Shown in pieces: positions 1 through 13,092 of a stretch of DNA of 64,000 nt (position 1 is its first letter; each line of letters opens with the position of its first letter). The position numbers and the translations under genes were made by a program. The notes under the pieces were generated by a model. That model was not told where the DNA came from. It did no database searches and worked only from the letters and a program-made list of their open reading frames with translations. This DNA comes from Paragordius varius (taxonomy: Eukaryota; Animalia; Nematomorpha): NCBI GenBank assembly GCA_964247055.1, contig OZ176054.1, forward strand, positions 9,734,001 to 9,798,000, read 5' to 3'.

Positions 1-1100
1 CGAGATTAGAATAGAACTTTTAGCATAAATGAATGTTATATAAAAATTATAAAATTCGAATGGATAGGTCTGTTACATTTTTTTGTGGCTACTTTCAATG
101 AAAAATTTAATAACGAGCTATTTTCATCTTGTTTATTTATATTAATCATTGTCCTTTTTCTATTCTCTTATCGTTTGTAACGACAAAAAATCTCCAAACT
201 TAATTTATTATTGCAAGATAAACTTTTAAACAATCGATTAAATCTTAAACAATCAAAGCATAACACCAGATTTATATAAATTTAAAGTTGAGCTTCTCTG
301 CATCGCACATTAGCTAAATTATAAAACTATATTTTAAAGATAAAACATCATAACTGGATATTGTTAACGCCGAAGTGTTATTAATTAGTATTAGGATTTT
401 ATTCAGCTATAATTGAATGAATTTAAGGAAATTTTGGTATATTACAAATAATATTTGTCAAACGTAAAAATAAAATTAAAATATAACTAAAAATTAAAGT
501 AAAAATTTATAAGAAATAAAACTATAAAAAACATGTGTGCATTATTATTCAGAAAAAAATTTGTAATGCTATTTATATTGTTGATTCTCTTTCTGTTATA
601 ATTTCTTTTTATATAAAAACTTTCATTTAATATTCTTTTGGTCTTCTTTTGTTATTTATACAACTTCGGCATCCCAGTTTATATTATGTTTTATCAGGGG
701 TTCTTAACTATGGGTCGCGACCCCATTGGGGTCGCGAATGATAAAAATACAATTTAACAAAAAATGTTTTTTAACTTTTAAAATTATTGTTATAAAAAAA
801 ATAACAATTATCGTATATATATATATATATCATCTGGTTCCGAAAAATTGTTTTATACCAGCATTTCTCTTCCGAACATAGCTATTTCACATGTTTTAAA
901 GAAGATTAAAGAAAGATTGTCTTTGGGAACGTCTTTTGTGAAAAAAACAAATATATTTGCTCTTCTAGTTTTAATTTGTCAGTGCCCTCTGTAACAAGAT
1001 TTTAGTTTTCTTTTTATTCGGTAATTAATAATTAAATATAATCTGCAATATGTTACTATTATATATTTATTGTATTTTAGGATAAAAATAATTTTTGCTT

Positions 1101-2954
1101 ATGGATAAATGGCTGTTAAATAAGAATTGTAATGACGCTGATATTAATTCACTAAATTCTTCTCAGTCAGGACAAAGTATTGGAAAAGAGACATCTAATG
1201 TGCGAAAAAGAAAATATGATGAGTCTTTTCTTCAATTTGGCTTCACATTAAAATTGGAATGGTAATTAACAACCTCTTTGTTTGATTAGCAATGAATTAT
1301 TGGCTTCGAAGAGTATGAAACCATCAAAATTAAGAAGACATTTTGAATCAAAGCATGTTTCGTATGTCAATAAACCTAAAGAATATTTTGAAAGACTGTG
1401 TATATATTTAAATAAAGAAAACAAAAACATCGAAAAATTTATCACCGTTAATGAAAAATGTTTACTAGCATCTTATGAAGTTTCATACTGTATTGCTAAA
1501 AATAAAAAGCCGTTCACCATTGGCGATCATCTTGTGTTACCTGCAGCTATTATAATGGTAGATACTACATGGAAAAAAATATGGCGATTATATTCGAAAA
1601 ATTCCTTTGTCAAACGACACTGTCTTAAATAGAATTTCTGATATTAACCAGGTTACAATTAATACAACTTATGACAAGAATTAAAGAAGGCCCAAAAATT
1701 TCGCTTCAGTTGGACGAAACAACTGATATTACTAAATTGGCTCAGTTGTTAGTATATGTCACGTACGTTTATAAAGAAAGCATGGAGGACGAATTGTTAT
1801 TTTGTTGTCCTATGGAAGACCATACTACAGGGAAAGACATATATCGTAAAATGGACGAATTTAAAGCAGAAGGTTTATAATGGAAAATTGCTGTGGAATA
1901 TGCACAGATGGTGCAAGAGCGATGACGGGCAAAAATGCTGGTTTTAAATCATTTTTAGCTGCTCATTATGATCATATAACTTTTACTCATTGCCTTATTC
2001 ACCGAGAGGCTCTGGCAGCAAAAAAACTAGCACCAGAATTGGACGATGTCCTTCAGGATGCTGTTAAGGTCATAAATTTTATTAAGAGCCATGCCCTTAA
2101 CAGTCTATTTTCAAATCTCTGTAAGGATACGGATTCCAACTACACAACTTTGTTATTGCATGCAGAAGTAAGATAATTGTCAAGAGGTCAAAGTTTACAA
2201 TGATTATTATTATTAAAGAACGAGATCGAAATATTTTTAACTGATCGAAAATGTAAATTTGCTGCTTTTTTTTCAAAATGACTTGTGGCTATCCATGCTG
2301 TGTTATTTGTCAGATATTTTTGCGAAGTTAAACGATCTTAACTTGTCACTTCAAGGTAAAGATTGCGATATATTTACTTCAAACGATAAAATTGAAAGTT
2401 TTATTAAGAAGATCAGCATTTGGAAAAGTAGAGTTGAAAAAAATTCGTTCGATGTCGACAATTTTCTAATTGAAAAAATTCATTGTAAAAGTTTTATTAC
2501 AAAAATTATTATAAATCACTTAAAAGCATTAGAAATACAATTTCGGACATACTATATCTCAAATATTGATTTACAAAAAATAGTTTGGATTCAAAAGCCG
2601 TTTTGGATTGGCTTATGTGAGATTGATCATTTGCCACTTAAAGCTCAAGATGAATTGGCTAATGCTGAGCTTTCGTGTGGCTCAAATTTAAAACTACAAT
2701 TCCAACAAATGCCCTTGACTGAATTCTGAATCGGAACTAGAACTGAATTTCCAATCGCCGATATGGCCTTAAATGTACTCTGCCATACACCACATATTTA
2801 TGTGAAGTTACTTTCTCAGCTTTAACTCACATTTAATCCCAATATCGTTCAGTGATAAAAAATTTTGAAGAGGTCATACGTCCAGCATTTTCAAACATTA
2901 CACCAAGATTTGAATTGTTATGCAATAAAAAAACAGGCACATCCATTTCATTAA
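1101..2954 (+). pseudogene. Frameshifted hAT/Buster transposase
   Basis: Fragments read MDKWL..KRKYDESFLQFGF, SMKPSKLRRHFESKH, SLQLDETTD, ICTDGARAM, THCLIHREALA, LLLHAEVR, WLSMLCYLSDIF and end in QAHP-H-stop. Several stops and frameshifts. Confidence 0.92.
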
Positions 2955-3009
2955 ACTTTAACGTAAACTTTAATTAAATATTACCACGCATCTACTTGGG
3001 TATATTCCA

Positions 3010-3890
3010 GGGCTTCAAAAGAAAATTCAATCATTATTTTTTGATATATATTATTATGTAACAATATGCACATGCATATTAAAATATATAAATTTAGTAT
3101 TCGTTTTGAAACAAAAAATCTAAAATTGAAATTTGCACAAAATGTTATAGAAATGTTTTTATTATAGTTTCGAAAACAAAATGGATTCTGACCGTCTTAA
3201 TCGAATTATATTCAAGTATTGCGTCGTAAATATTAAATTAAAGTTTAGGTAAAAATTTAATGGGATTGTACCTGTTTTATATTGCATAACATCGAATCTT
3301 GGTGTAATGTTTGAAACTGTGTAAAACCTTTTCAACATATTTTATCACTGAACGATATTGGGATTTAATGTTTGTTAAAGCTGAGAAAGTAACTTCACAT
3401 AAATATGTGGTGTTGTATGGCATTGAGTTTTAAGTGGCAGATGATCAATCTTACTTAAGCCAATCCAAGGCTTTTAAATCCAAATAATTTTTTTAATAAT
3501 ATTTAATATGAAATATGTCAGGGAATGTATTTCTAGTGCTTTTTAGTGATCTACAATAGTTTATCAATATAAGTTTTACAATCAATTTTCTCAATTACAA
3601 AATTGTAGACACTGGAAAACATTTCTAACTTTTTTTTTCAACTCTACTTTTCCAAATGCTGATCTATTTAATAAAACTTGCAATTTTATCGCTTGAAGTA
3701 TATATATATGCATATTTTTCAGTGAAGATACAAGTTGGGATCGTTTACTTCGCAAAAATATCCGACAAATAACACTTGGATAGCAACAAGTTTTGAAAAA
3801 AAGCAGCAAATTCTCATTTTTATTCAGTTAAAAATATTTCGATTTTGTCCTTCAATAACAATAATTATTTCGATTTTAAGAGATGGACAA
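3010..3890 (-). mobile_element. Second, inverted and more decayed copy of the 3' part of the same hAT (transposase C-terminus plus subterminal region) nested in the first
   Basis: The reverse complement matches ~2170-3000, with an internal deletion of about 2640-2780, and then ~3976-4090. The 3591..3809 minus ORF derives from it. Confidence 0.85.
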
Positions 3891-4959
3891 AAATTTATGT
3901 ATTTTTTATAAATTTGTATAACATCTTCTGATTCATAGTAAATTTATACAATATATAATAATAATCGGAATATTTATGCAAATTTTTATTTATGATTTTT
4001 TATGTTTCAAAACGAATTCTAAATTTATATATTTCATATGCATATGTATATTGTTTCTTAATAAATATATCATCCAAATTTATTTTTCTTTTATATTTAT
4101 TGGGTTCGCCAAAAAATTTGCGATCATAAATGGGGTCGCGACTCACAAAAGTTTAAGAAACCCTGTTTTATAGGCATGAAAAAAATAGTAATTAATGTGT
4201 GATATAAAATTAAATGTCAAACCAAAAGAGGACTAGATGTTCGGATAAAAGGAAATAAGACGGTAGTTAACAAGAATTAAATAAATGATTCGGCTATATC
4301 ATCCCTATAACATAAATTGCCGAAGTTAATGATAAAGAAGAAAATAGGACCAAAAGAATATTAAAGGAAGCTTTTATATAAACAAATAACAAAATATAAT
4401 GAATAAAAAAGATATCAACAACATAAATAGCATTACAAATTTTTATTAATAACAATACATTCATGTTTTTTTAGTTTCATTTCTCATTTAATGTTTTTAA
4501 TTTATACTTTAATTTTTAGTTTATATTTTAATTTTATTTTTACGTTTGACAAAGATAACTTGAAGCAATCGAAAATTCGCTTTACTAAAATCATTCAATT
4601 ATAGCTGTATAATCCCAATATAATAGTCATAACATTTTATTTTAACTTTTGCGCATAGGTGTTGATGAATAATGCAATGAAGTTAAAAAGGAGGCTTTTT
4701 AATTCTGTTAATTTCTTATTAATTAGGCCAATCAACCAGATTATAAACCGTTTTGTTCTTTATCCCATCAGTGGTCATATTTTTTTATTGTTCCCATTTT
4801 AGATAGTACATATTGAAAACATATAGTTGTATAAATACATCACCTCTTTTTTCTCGTGTACACCTTTTAATGCAGCAAGTTCTTATGTTACACAAATTAG
4901 TTTATTAATTCCTCGGATAAAAATTAACTATTGAGCTGTACTTGTTATTCCACGACTTT

Positions 4960-5671
4960 TATCGAGCGCTATTGAAAAGTATCATCGGGTTTTCTTCTTT
5001 TTTTATTTATATCGGCTGATAAATTTTTAATTCGTCGCACAATGGTATGTGCCGAAAAGAACTTAAACTTTTCCATTTGTTCGGGGCATATTTGATTGAC
5101 GCCAACAAGGAGACACTTTTTTATAAACTCTTCTTCGGTGAACGGATTGTGTACTGCAATCAATTTTAACATATCTAAGGAAGTTTTGGTCAATGCGGAA
5201 TTTTGGTTGCTTTTCTTTAAAATATAAAGATTCAATTTTGTTTTGTCTGAACTGAAATGAATATTTATATATTCATAGTGTTTCGTTCGTAGTGGCGACG
5301 CAATTAAATTTTTTACACACATTTGTTGACTCTTTACATATTGAGCATACTTTAAAGTATTAAAACAATAATCATAGGTCCAATTTACATTAAGTTTTTT
5401 TTAATTCATAGTAAAATATAAATTTCTTTACCAATAAGTTATTATGGCTTTTTTTCAAGAATTTTACGTGTTTGAGTAAGCATATAAACATCCAGCAGCA
5501 AACTGGTCAAATGAAAAAATGCGTTTTAAAAAACCTTTTATACAAAACTAGGTGAGGTAATGTTTGTTAAATTTGCGTAACAAAATAAAATTTTTTCTTG
5601 GTCGAGCCAAAAATTTATTTTTTTTTAGACTTTTTGAAAAAAAGTATTGGGCCGCACGTTGCCGACCCCTG
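4960..5671 (-). mobile_element. hAT (SPIN/GTF2IRD2-like) 5' fragment
   Basis: TIR CAGGGGTCGGCAACGTGCGGCC on the minus strand ending at 5671. ORF 4969..5322 has HNPFTEEEFIKKCLL..ICPE..SAHTIVRRI..LSADI, typical of this transposase N-terminal region. Confidence 0.8.
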
Positions 5672-6951
5672 TCTTATAGTGTTTTTATACAGTTTATGCC
5701 TCAAAATAATTTGAAGTACGCTTGAACAAAATTTTATTAAAAATTAAATTTTTGATAAAAATATTCATTTTTTATAAATTTTTTTAGTTGTTATCAAAAT
5801 TTTGCATATATTTCAAAAAATTTTCACGCAATCTCGGTATTTTAGTTTATTTTCAGAGGACTAGCCCATTATAAAGGAAAAAATTTTGGAATTTTTGGAG
5901 CCCACATGTAAAACTTAAAATTTTTTGAATACTGTTTTGCTTTTTATATGTAGTTTTCGATATTTTTTAGTCATATTTTTTGGAATAAAGCCTCCAGCTT
6001 TCACCAAAAAATTTTTTCCAAAAAATGTCCCCAAATTTTGCCATTGCCCGATATGAACTCACCACAAAAGTGTTAATAACATTCTTAAATAACTCGTAAG
6101 AGCCTAAACTAAATGCACCATGATAATGCTACATTTTCCTAAGATATATAATTTATGAGTTATTTTTTGTGGACGTTATGTATGTGCTTGATCATTTAAG
6201 ATTAATGATAAAATTAATCTCCCGGATACGTCTTTAAAATTACTTTAATGTCTGTTTTTATTTTTTATATTTTTCAATCAAAGGCCGACCTAATTCCCCC
6301 TGACTCTAATCTAAAATTTGAATGGTCGATAAAACGTTGTTTAAATTTGTCACTTAATTTTTTGTTTATCTTGAGTGGCTTATGCAAAGCGCGAATCGTA
6401 CAAAAAAAATATTAAAACCATGGTTTTAGTTTAATAGATCGTAGTTCGAGGTATATGCTTTTCTATAAGGCGTAACTTTTATATAGCCATCATTTTTTTT
6501 ATATTATTAATTGAACAAATTTTTTTTGGGTGCGACAGTGGGCGGATCATGATGAAAGGCCTGTGATTTTTACACCTTTGTCGCAAGGCCAATTACTGTT
6601 TTTAATATCTCATGAAATATTTCGGCCCGGCCCTCACTATAATTATAAAAACCAAAACACCATGTTCTTTTTTTGAATAATTTTATTTGTTTAATATTTC
6701 CAATAAGTATTATATGAACTTAAATTTTATCAAAACTACCCAGTGCCATAAGCTTCGACAAGGGTAAAAAAAGTTAAATGACATATTTATCCTTTGCTAT
6801 CATATTCCCAAATCATTTGTCAAATATTTTTTAAATTTCTCCGTCTTTGCTTCAATTTTTATTTTGTAATATCATTACTCTATCATCTAACTCGTAAAAT
6901 AAAAATTATCCAAGTACATATTTGTTTAATATTATAAATAAAAATCATTAC

Positions 6952-7137
6952 TTTCTTGCTCGACTTCCAACGGTCTTATTTTGACCGCCATCATAGCATG
7001 TGAATACAGTTTTTCCTTGACCATATCTATTAAAGAAACGCCCGGAATGCGCCAGAATATAGCATACGTTTTTTGATCCATAGAACCATATGTCACATGA
7101 TCAATAAAATATGCGGTTCGGTTCATAAGTTCCAAAC
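6952..7137 (-). CDS. Exon of plexin-like gene copy 1 (juxtamembrane-like): GLELMNRTAYFIDHVTYGSMDQKTYAIFWRIPGVSLIDMVKEKLYSHAMMAVKIRPLEVEQE
   Basis: AG/GT boundaries, 186 bp, phase 1-1, open frame, conserved with 54691-54861. MDQKTYAIFWRIPG and RPLEV resemble the recalled plexin motifs LDYRTYAMRVLFPG and RDLEV. Confidence 0.7.
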
Positions 7138-10100
7138 CTAGGTTTGTTTTTGATAGAGGCTTATTACATCAATGACAATTTTAATTTTTAAATATTTTTT
7201 GACTCAAAATTAAATTTAAGAAAAAAGCTTATTTTATGGATTTGAAGCATACTGAAAGCGTTTTTTCCACTATAGGATATTGTTACACCTTTTTTTTGCA
7301 ATATTATACATCGCTTTTCTATCACGTTGATTGAACATTCATTTGCCTCCACTTCAAAGTAACCTCAATTTTGTTTTTATTTAAACATACACGCTAAAGG
7401 CATGCTCCATAAATATTTAATCAGAAATGTTTAGCTGCATATTAATTAGAATCTGGGTACCGTATTTTAATACACAGTTATAAATTCTGTGAAAATTTAC
7501 TTACATTTATTCAAAGTAAGCTTTTTCCAAATATAATTGATTTGAATACAAATAGCATATTTGACTTCTTACCGCCCCTTATATTTTAAAGCTAGCCCAT
7601 TTTAATCGATAAAAATGTAGAATTTCCCAAGCTCATTTATACATATTTTTAATTATATTTCTTATAAACTTTAAAATATTAGCGAAACTCGGTTTAAGAG
7701 CATTTAAATTCTGCCAAAACATTTATATATAAAGTTCGCGTTACCATAAATAAAATATTCTTAATGACTCCTAGGTTACAAAACCAAAAGTTCCATGTAA
7801 ATCCTCATACATTTCTAATATTATCAGTTTTTATGAACCGATTTCGTACACTTTTTATATATATAAAACTAAAAATTATAAATTTTAGATCGAACCCATA
7901 TACAACCATTATAATGGAGTCAATAATTTAAGAAAATAGAAATTGAAAATACTGTACCATTTGTGAAATAGTTGTTTGATTGTCTTAAAAGTTATTTAGA
8001 ATAAAGCATACTCTAACAAATGGTTTTCATTAGTCGATAAAAAATAATTTACCTTTAACGATCATGTATAGGTTTAAAATAAAGTTCATTTTTGCGTGGG
8101 AGAAAAAATATGAAATGAATAGTGTAATTAAAAGGTGGTATTAGTATATTTCGTATTCGATAAAAAACTTAAAATTAATTACACTTTCAATCAATAGCTG
8201 CTATATAATTTAAATAAAGTCACTCATTAATCAATATTGCTTAACTTAATGTTTACTCAGATAATTCTATCTTATAAAATTTTCTGACGAAATCGGGTGT
8301 CAGAACTGTGAATAAAATTTTAAAGCATATCAGATAAATTAAGGTATGGTTTGTTTGTTTTGTAGCCTATCGAGCTCAATATTATGTGTCAATATTATCA
8401 TTAAAAATTCACAAATTTCGGTCACGTTTCTAAAATAAATCAAGGTTAAATTTTTCGACCAGCTATTATTATTTATTTAATTTATAAATACATGTAAAAT
8501 AAAAAATATCCTTATATTGGATTTTTCTGAATCATATATATAACTAAATTAGTGCTTTTTGGATAGTGTAATGCATCTTAAGGTATTATAAAATGACTAA
8601 ATGACTATAATAGCAAATTTAATAAAATTAAGTGTTGAAACTTATTATAACATAAAAAATCAAAAATACCAACATGTAAAGTATATTATTAGTTTAAAAA
8701 TAAAATGGTTCCCCTTAGATTCAGGGCTATATCATTTTCGCACGTCTACATTGGGATTTAGCTTCAATCGTGGCAAAAGCTTATTTAAATTAAGATGTAA
8801 AATTACCTTAAATTAAATAAATTATTTTAAACGTGAGAGCATTCGAAATTTAAAAATAATAAATGAATATCCTATTTTATAAATTAAATAATTATTTATT
8901 ATTGCCCAAATCTGTTTTAAACATCAATTAAACACAGTTAATTAATTTTGACTAACAATCAGAACTTATGTTCCAGATAGCATTATGTGTCCATATGAAA
9001 CTCAATATTTAGGAGTGTTTTTTTATTGAACAAATTTTTTTAACCGTTTGTAGTTGGTGAAGGCAAAACAACATGATTCACGGAGGACAAACATATCAGA
9101 TTAAACCAAACATCATATCTCCTACATGGCTATTTATGAGGGTTAAACTAGTTTCAGATTATCGATAAAAAATCCAAATATTCCGTTAAAAAAATTATTT
9201 TGTGTTATTAACTAAAATGTGATTAAATTTTCATAGTAGGTCAAATTTTGGGATCCGTTTTTACGTTATGGAAGACTAAGTTTTATAAGGAGGGATGTAG
9301 TTGGTGTCTGATTCAATTTTGGGTGTAAAGCCGCCAAAAGTAAAAAAGCATCAAACAGCTTATTATTGTTACTTAAGGTAAAATAAAACGATTGAAATTA
9401 TCATAATATTAGGATTTTAGATACAAAATCTAAAGCTCTAATTTTAATTTTTTGATAAAAGGCGCGTTCTTGAAATTTAATATTTTTGCAGATACTTCCA
9501 ATATTTATAAATTTAACAAATTTAAGTTGTTACATATTCTTGATAATTTAAAAAGAATGCATGAATTTTAAACATTAAAATGGAATATTTAAAGGTATAT
9601 AAAAATAAATTCAAATAGGCAAAGTTTACATGTGCGGATAAAATACTTGACATGCTTATTACATTAAAAAATTTCGAATATTTAAGAATATTAGATATAT
9701 TATGATTGCGATAATTTAATTATGTTGGTTATATTATAAATTGTATTTTAGGTCTTTTACTCCATGTTTGATTAAATACCTAAATACCGATAATTAACTG
9801 GGAGCATTAATGATGTTTCCCCATCTCAAAGCCCATCCTTTATTTTATATAAATGATTCTAAACAATGAGACCACAACCATATGTTTTGATATGCAAGGG
9901 ACAAATACATATATTTTTAATAATAGCTATTTCGAAAGATTGTTAAAATAATAAATGACATATTCTAAAATGTTAAATTATTATCAATGAAATTTTAGAA
10001 AAGTATATTTTCATAAAGCTATCACTAATATAAATTTTCGTTTCTCAAAAATTTAGGTCCCTCTAAAAAAATAAAATAACCAGAGAAAGATCTTGTTTTT

Positions 10101-10418
10101 AGTTATATTTATTATGTTTTGACATATAAACCTTATATTATCATATAAATAAATTCCAATTTTTTGCTACAATTTACATTTAAATTAATCATTGACTCTA
10201 AAATTTATGAGCGCACACTATTGTTATGTTTTAAATTAGTTATCAATGAAAAATTATCCTTTGTATATTAAAAGGCAATGAGTGGCATAAGGTTAATTTG
10301 AATAAATTTATTGTTTTTTCCCAAATACTGGCTCTTTAATGCGTTCATATTGATTAAGAGGATTTCTCATTATTTAAAGATGTTAAACATAAAGCGATAT
10401 GGGTAACCGATACTATTA

Positions 10419-11686
10419 CAATGTGGGGCAAAAATGGGGATTAACAAATAAAGTTTAATGAATCATATATCATTCGATAGCTAAAAGCTTCAGGATAATA
10501 AATATCAAAATGATATATAGGGTTAAATTACTGGAAAAAAGCTATTTTAATTTTTCTGTTATTAGCTAAAATCAAAAAATCGCATTTTTATCACACATTA
10601 GGTCAAATAAAACTAAATACAATAGATGAAAACGCGTCAACTAAATTTCATCTTTAAATATAGCATAAGGTGATTCTAAACGCAAAATATAACTAATAAA
10701 GATTTTACATTTTTTCGGAGGGTCCTTAAAAGACATACTAAAATATAAGCGAAAATCGCACGTTGGCATCAAATTTGAATTGTAAAAACTTATTAATATG
10801 CCGTAAAGAATTAATTATTAAAACAATCATATATTAACTCTATATATAGAGATTACCCTATATATCGCCTTCAAAACTTAAGCCTTACATAAAAATTTTT
10901 TTTAATCCTCACCAAAGCCGAAACTATAATTTTTACAAAACATCCAATACATATATAACAAATACTTTTTCCATACAATTCGATGCTGAAAAAAAGTCTA
11001 TCATCTCAGATTTTTGTTTATTTTTTTATCTGAAAATTGATTATATATTTTTGGCGCCATCTTGTCTTTTAATACCGGCTTTGGGCAATAACATTTCCTA
11101 ATCAAAGATGTGGGATGGATCCTTTTTTCTGCAACGAATTGTATGGAAAAAGTATTTAAAGTATGGAATTAAAAATAATACGCAGCTTCCGCTTTGGTGC
11201 AAATTATCAAAAAAAATTGTTTTTTTATAAGGCTCATTAAGGCAATATATTGGGTAATCTCTGTATATTGAGTCAATATATGATTGTTTTAATAATGAAA
11301 ATCTTTTACCGCATATTAATAAGTTTATATGATTCAAATTTGATGCCAAAGTGCGATTTTTTATCTTATATTCTTGTAAGTCATTTTAGTACCCTCCGAA
11401 AAAATAAAATATAAAATTTTATTAATAATATTTGCGTTTAGAATTATCCTTATGCTATATTTAAAGATATCAAATTTAGTTGAGGCGTTTTCATCTATAA
11501 AATTTAGTTTTTTTTGAACTAATGTGCGATAAAAATGCGATTTTTCGATTTTGGCTAATAACAGATAAATTTAAATAATTTTTTTCTAGTATTTTAACCG
11601 CATATATCATTTTAATATTCATTATGAAGCTTTTAGCTATCGAATATTATATGATTTATTAACGTTTATTTTTTGCTGCGCACCGT
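10419..11686. mobile_element. Long-TIR foldback MITE (Tc1/mariner type, TA target), family copy 1
   Basis: Inverted arms of roughly 550-600 bp, ends CA(A/C)TGTG.GGC and GCACCGT, TA on both sides. The paralogous site near 58487-58497 is empty. Confidence 0.88.
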
Positions 11687-12414
11687 TATACACCCTTCAA
11701 AGTTATGTATGTATTAGTGTTGGATTGCTGAGTTATGCAATTTAAAAGAAATGTGAATGATCACGGTCTCCCATCAGATTCATCCATTGCATTGCAATTT
11801 AAAGTTTTCTTCAAAATACTATTTTAGCTACAATTAATTTTTCTTCTTTTGGCAACGATATTGGTCTAGGAAAATAAGTTTATGAAAAAATATTAGGAAT
11901 TAAATTTTTTCTTTTATTTCCATTTATAAAGGGTATAAAAATATAAAATTAATTTACAAAATACCCGTGTTTTTTTGCTTAATTACTGGAAAACCAGGCT
12001 CATTTCCCCGCGGGCTACTTTTTAGGAAAAAAAATCACGCCACGTATGAATATATGAATTAAAAGATTAATTCTTCACAAATGATATATATATCTTTATT
12101 TACGGGTTGACTAGCACAGGCTATTTTGAAATAATTACTACGGAAATAATTATTTTTGAGTAGTTATTTTTATATTAAATTTCAATTTTATCAAACTTAT
12201 AAATTATTCTTGTTAAAATTTCTTTAAATATTTTCTTTTTTAAACCATGGTCGAATTGCATATCTTACAAGTACATTGTCATTGTTCATTTCATCAATCT
12301 TCCATTTCATTTCTATAACGATATTTTAGCACTTTTCTGGCCTGAATTTTTATACATACCAAAATATAAGCTTAAAGGATGCTGCTTTTGTTTTTTGCTA
12401 ATTTAAACTTTTTA

Positions 12415-12837
12415 ATGTATGTATGTATGTATGTATGTATGTATGTATGTATGTATGTATGTATGTATGTATGTATGTATGTATGTATGTATGTATGTAT
12501 GTATGTATGTATGTATGTATGTATGTATGTATGTATGTATGTATGTATGTATGTATGTATGTATGTATGTATGTATGTATGTATGTATGTATGTATGTAT
12601 GTATGTATGTATGTATGTATGTATGTATGTATGTATGTATGTATGTATGTATGTATGTATGTATGTATGTATGTATGTATGTATGTATGTATGTATGTAT
12701 GTATGTATGTATGTATGTATGTATGTATGTATGTATGTATGTATGTATGTATGTATGTATGTATGTATGTATGTATGTATGTATGTATGTATGTATGTAT
12801 GTATGTATGTATGTATGTATGTATGTATGTATGTATG

Positions 12838-12869
<32 letters not shown>

Positions 12870-12896
12870 TGTATGTATGTATGTTTATGTATGTAT
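12415..12896. repeat. (ATGT)n tetranucleotide microsatellite, about 120 units
   Basis: Uninterrupted to ~12840, one 2-bp slip, then a degenerate end. It explains the MYVC/IHTY ORFs. Confidence 0.99.
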
Positions 12897-12908
12897 ATAT
12901 GTGATATA

Positions 12909-13092
12909 CAGTATGAGTAAATATATATGGCTAGAAAGTTATTAATTATTGCCAAATAGCATATGCAGCAATACGATTATTATAGGCTAATAGTAAAAAG
13001 TCAAATAAACCAATAATAATAATACCCTTTTGTTGTATAAGCTATTTGGCAATAATTAATAACATTGTAACAATGTATACTTACTCATACTG
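12909..13092. mobile_element. 184-bp palindromic MITE with TA TSD
   Basis: TIR CAGTATGAGTAA...TTACTCATACTG, TA at 12907-8 and 13093-4, long internal inverted arms. A second copy lies at 62867-63059. Confidence 0.9.

Larger units (their letters stand above)
695..4165 (+). mobile_element. hAT (Buster/ZBED5-SCAND3-like) DNA transposon, defective
   Basis: TIRs CAGGGGTTCTTAAC (695) and TTTAAGAAACCCTG (to 4165); subterminal GGGTCGCGACCCC motifs at both ends. Both flanks share ttttat (partial TSD). Confidence 0.9.
390..4630. repeat. Diverged inverted-repeat pair (arms ~390-690 and ~4310-4630), probably an old foldback element whose spacer received the hAT insertion
   Basis: The reverse complement of 390-690 aligns by eye to 4310-4630, e.g. 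tttttacgtttgacaaa, cattcaattatagctg, taaatagcattacaaatttt, gaccaaaagaatattaaa. Confidence 0.75.

Noticed and set aside
5680-6190. Similarity to 50800-51330 as an extension of the segmental duplication
   Set aside because: The sequence is an arm of a dispersed foldback family also at ~49580 and ~61140, so synteny cannot be claimed.
6952-7137. Kinase or aminoglycoside-phosphotransferase reading of YAIFWRIPGVSLIDMV
   Set aside because: No catalytic-loop or DFG exons were found nearby. The plexin juxtamembrane motif fits more positions and the neighbouring exons.
11098-11349. 83-aa minus ORF
   Set aside because: Inside a MITE arm and not preserved in the other copies.
12379-12955. Four long ORFs encoding MYVC or IHTY repeats
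   Set aside because: Translation artefacts of the stop-free (ATGT)n microsatellite.
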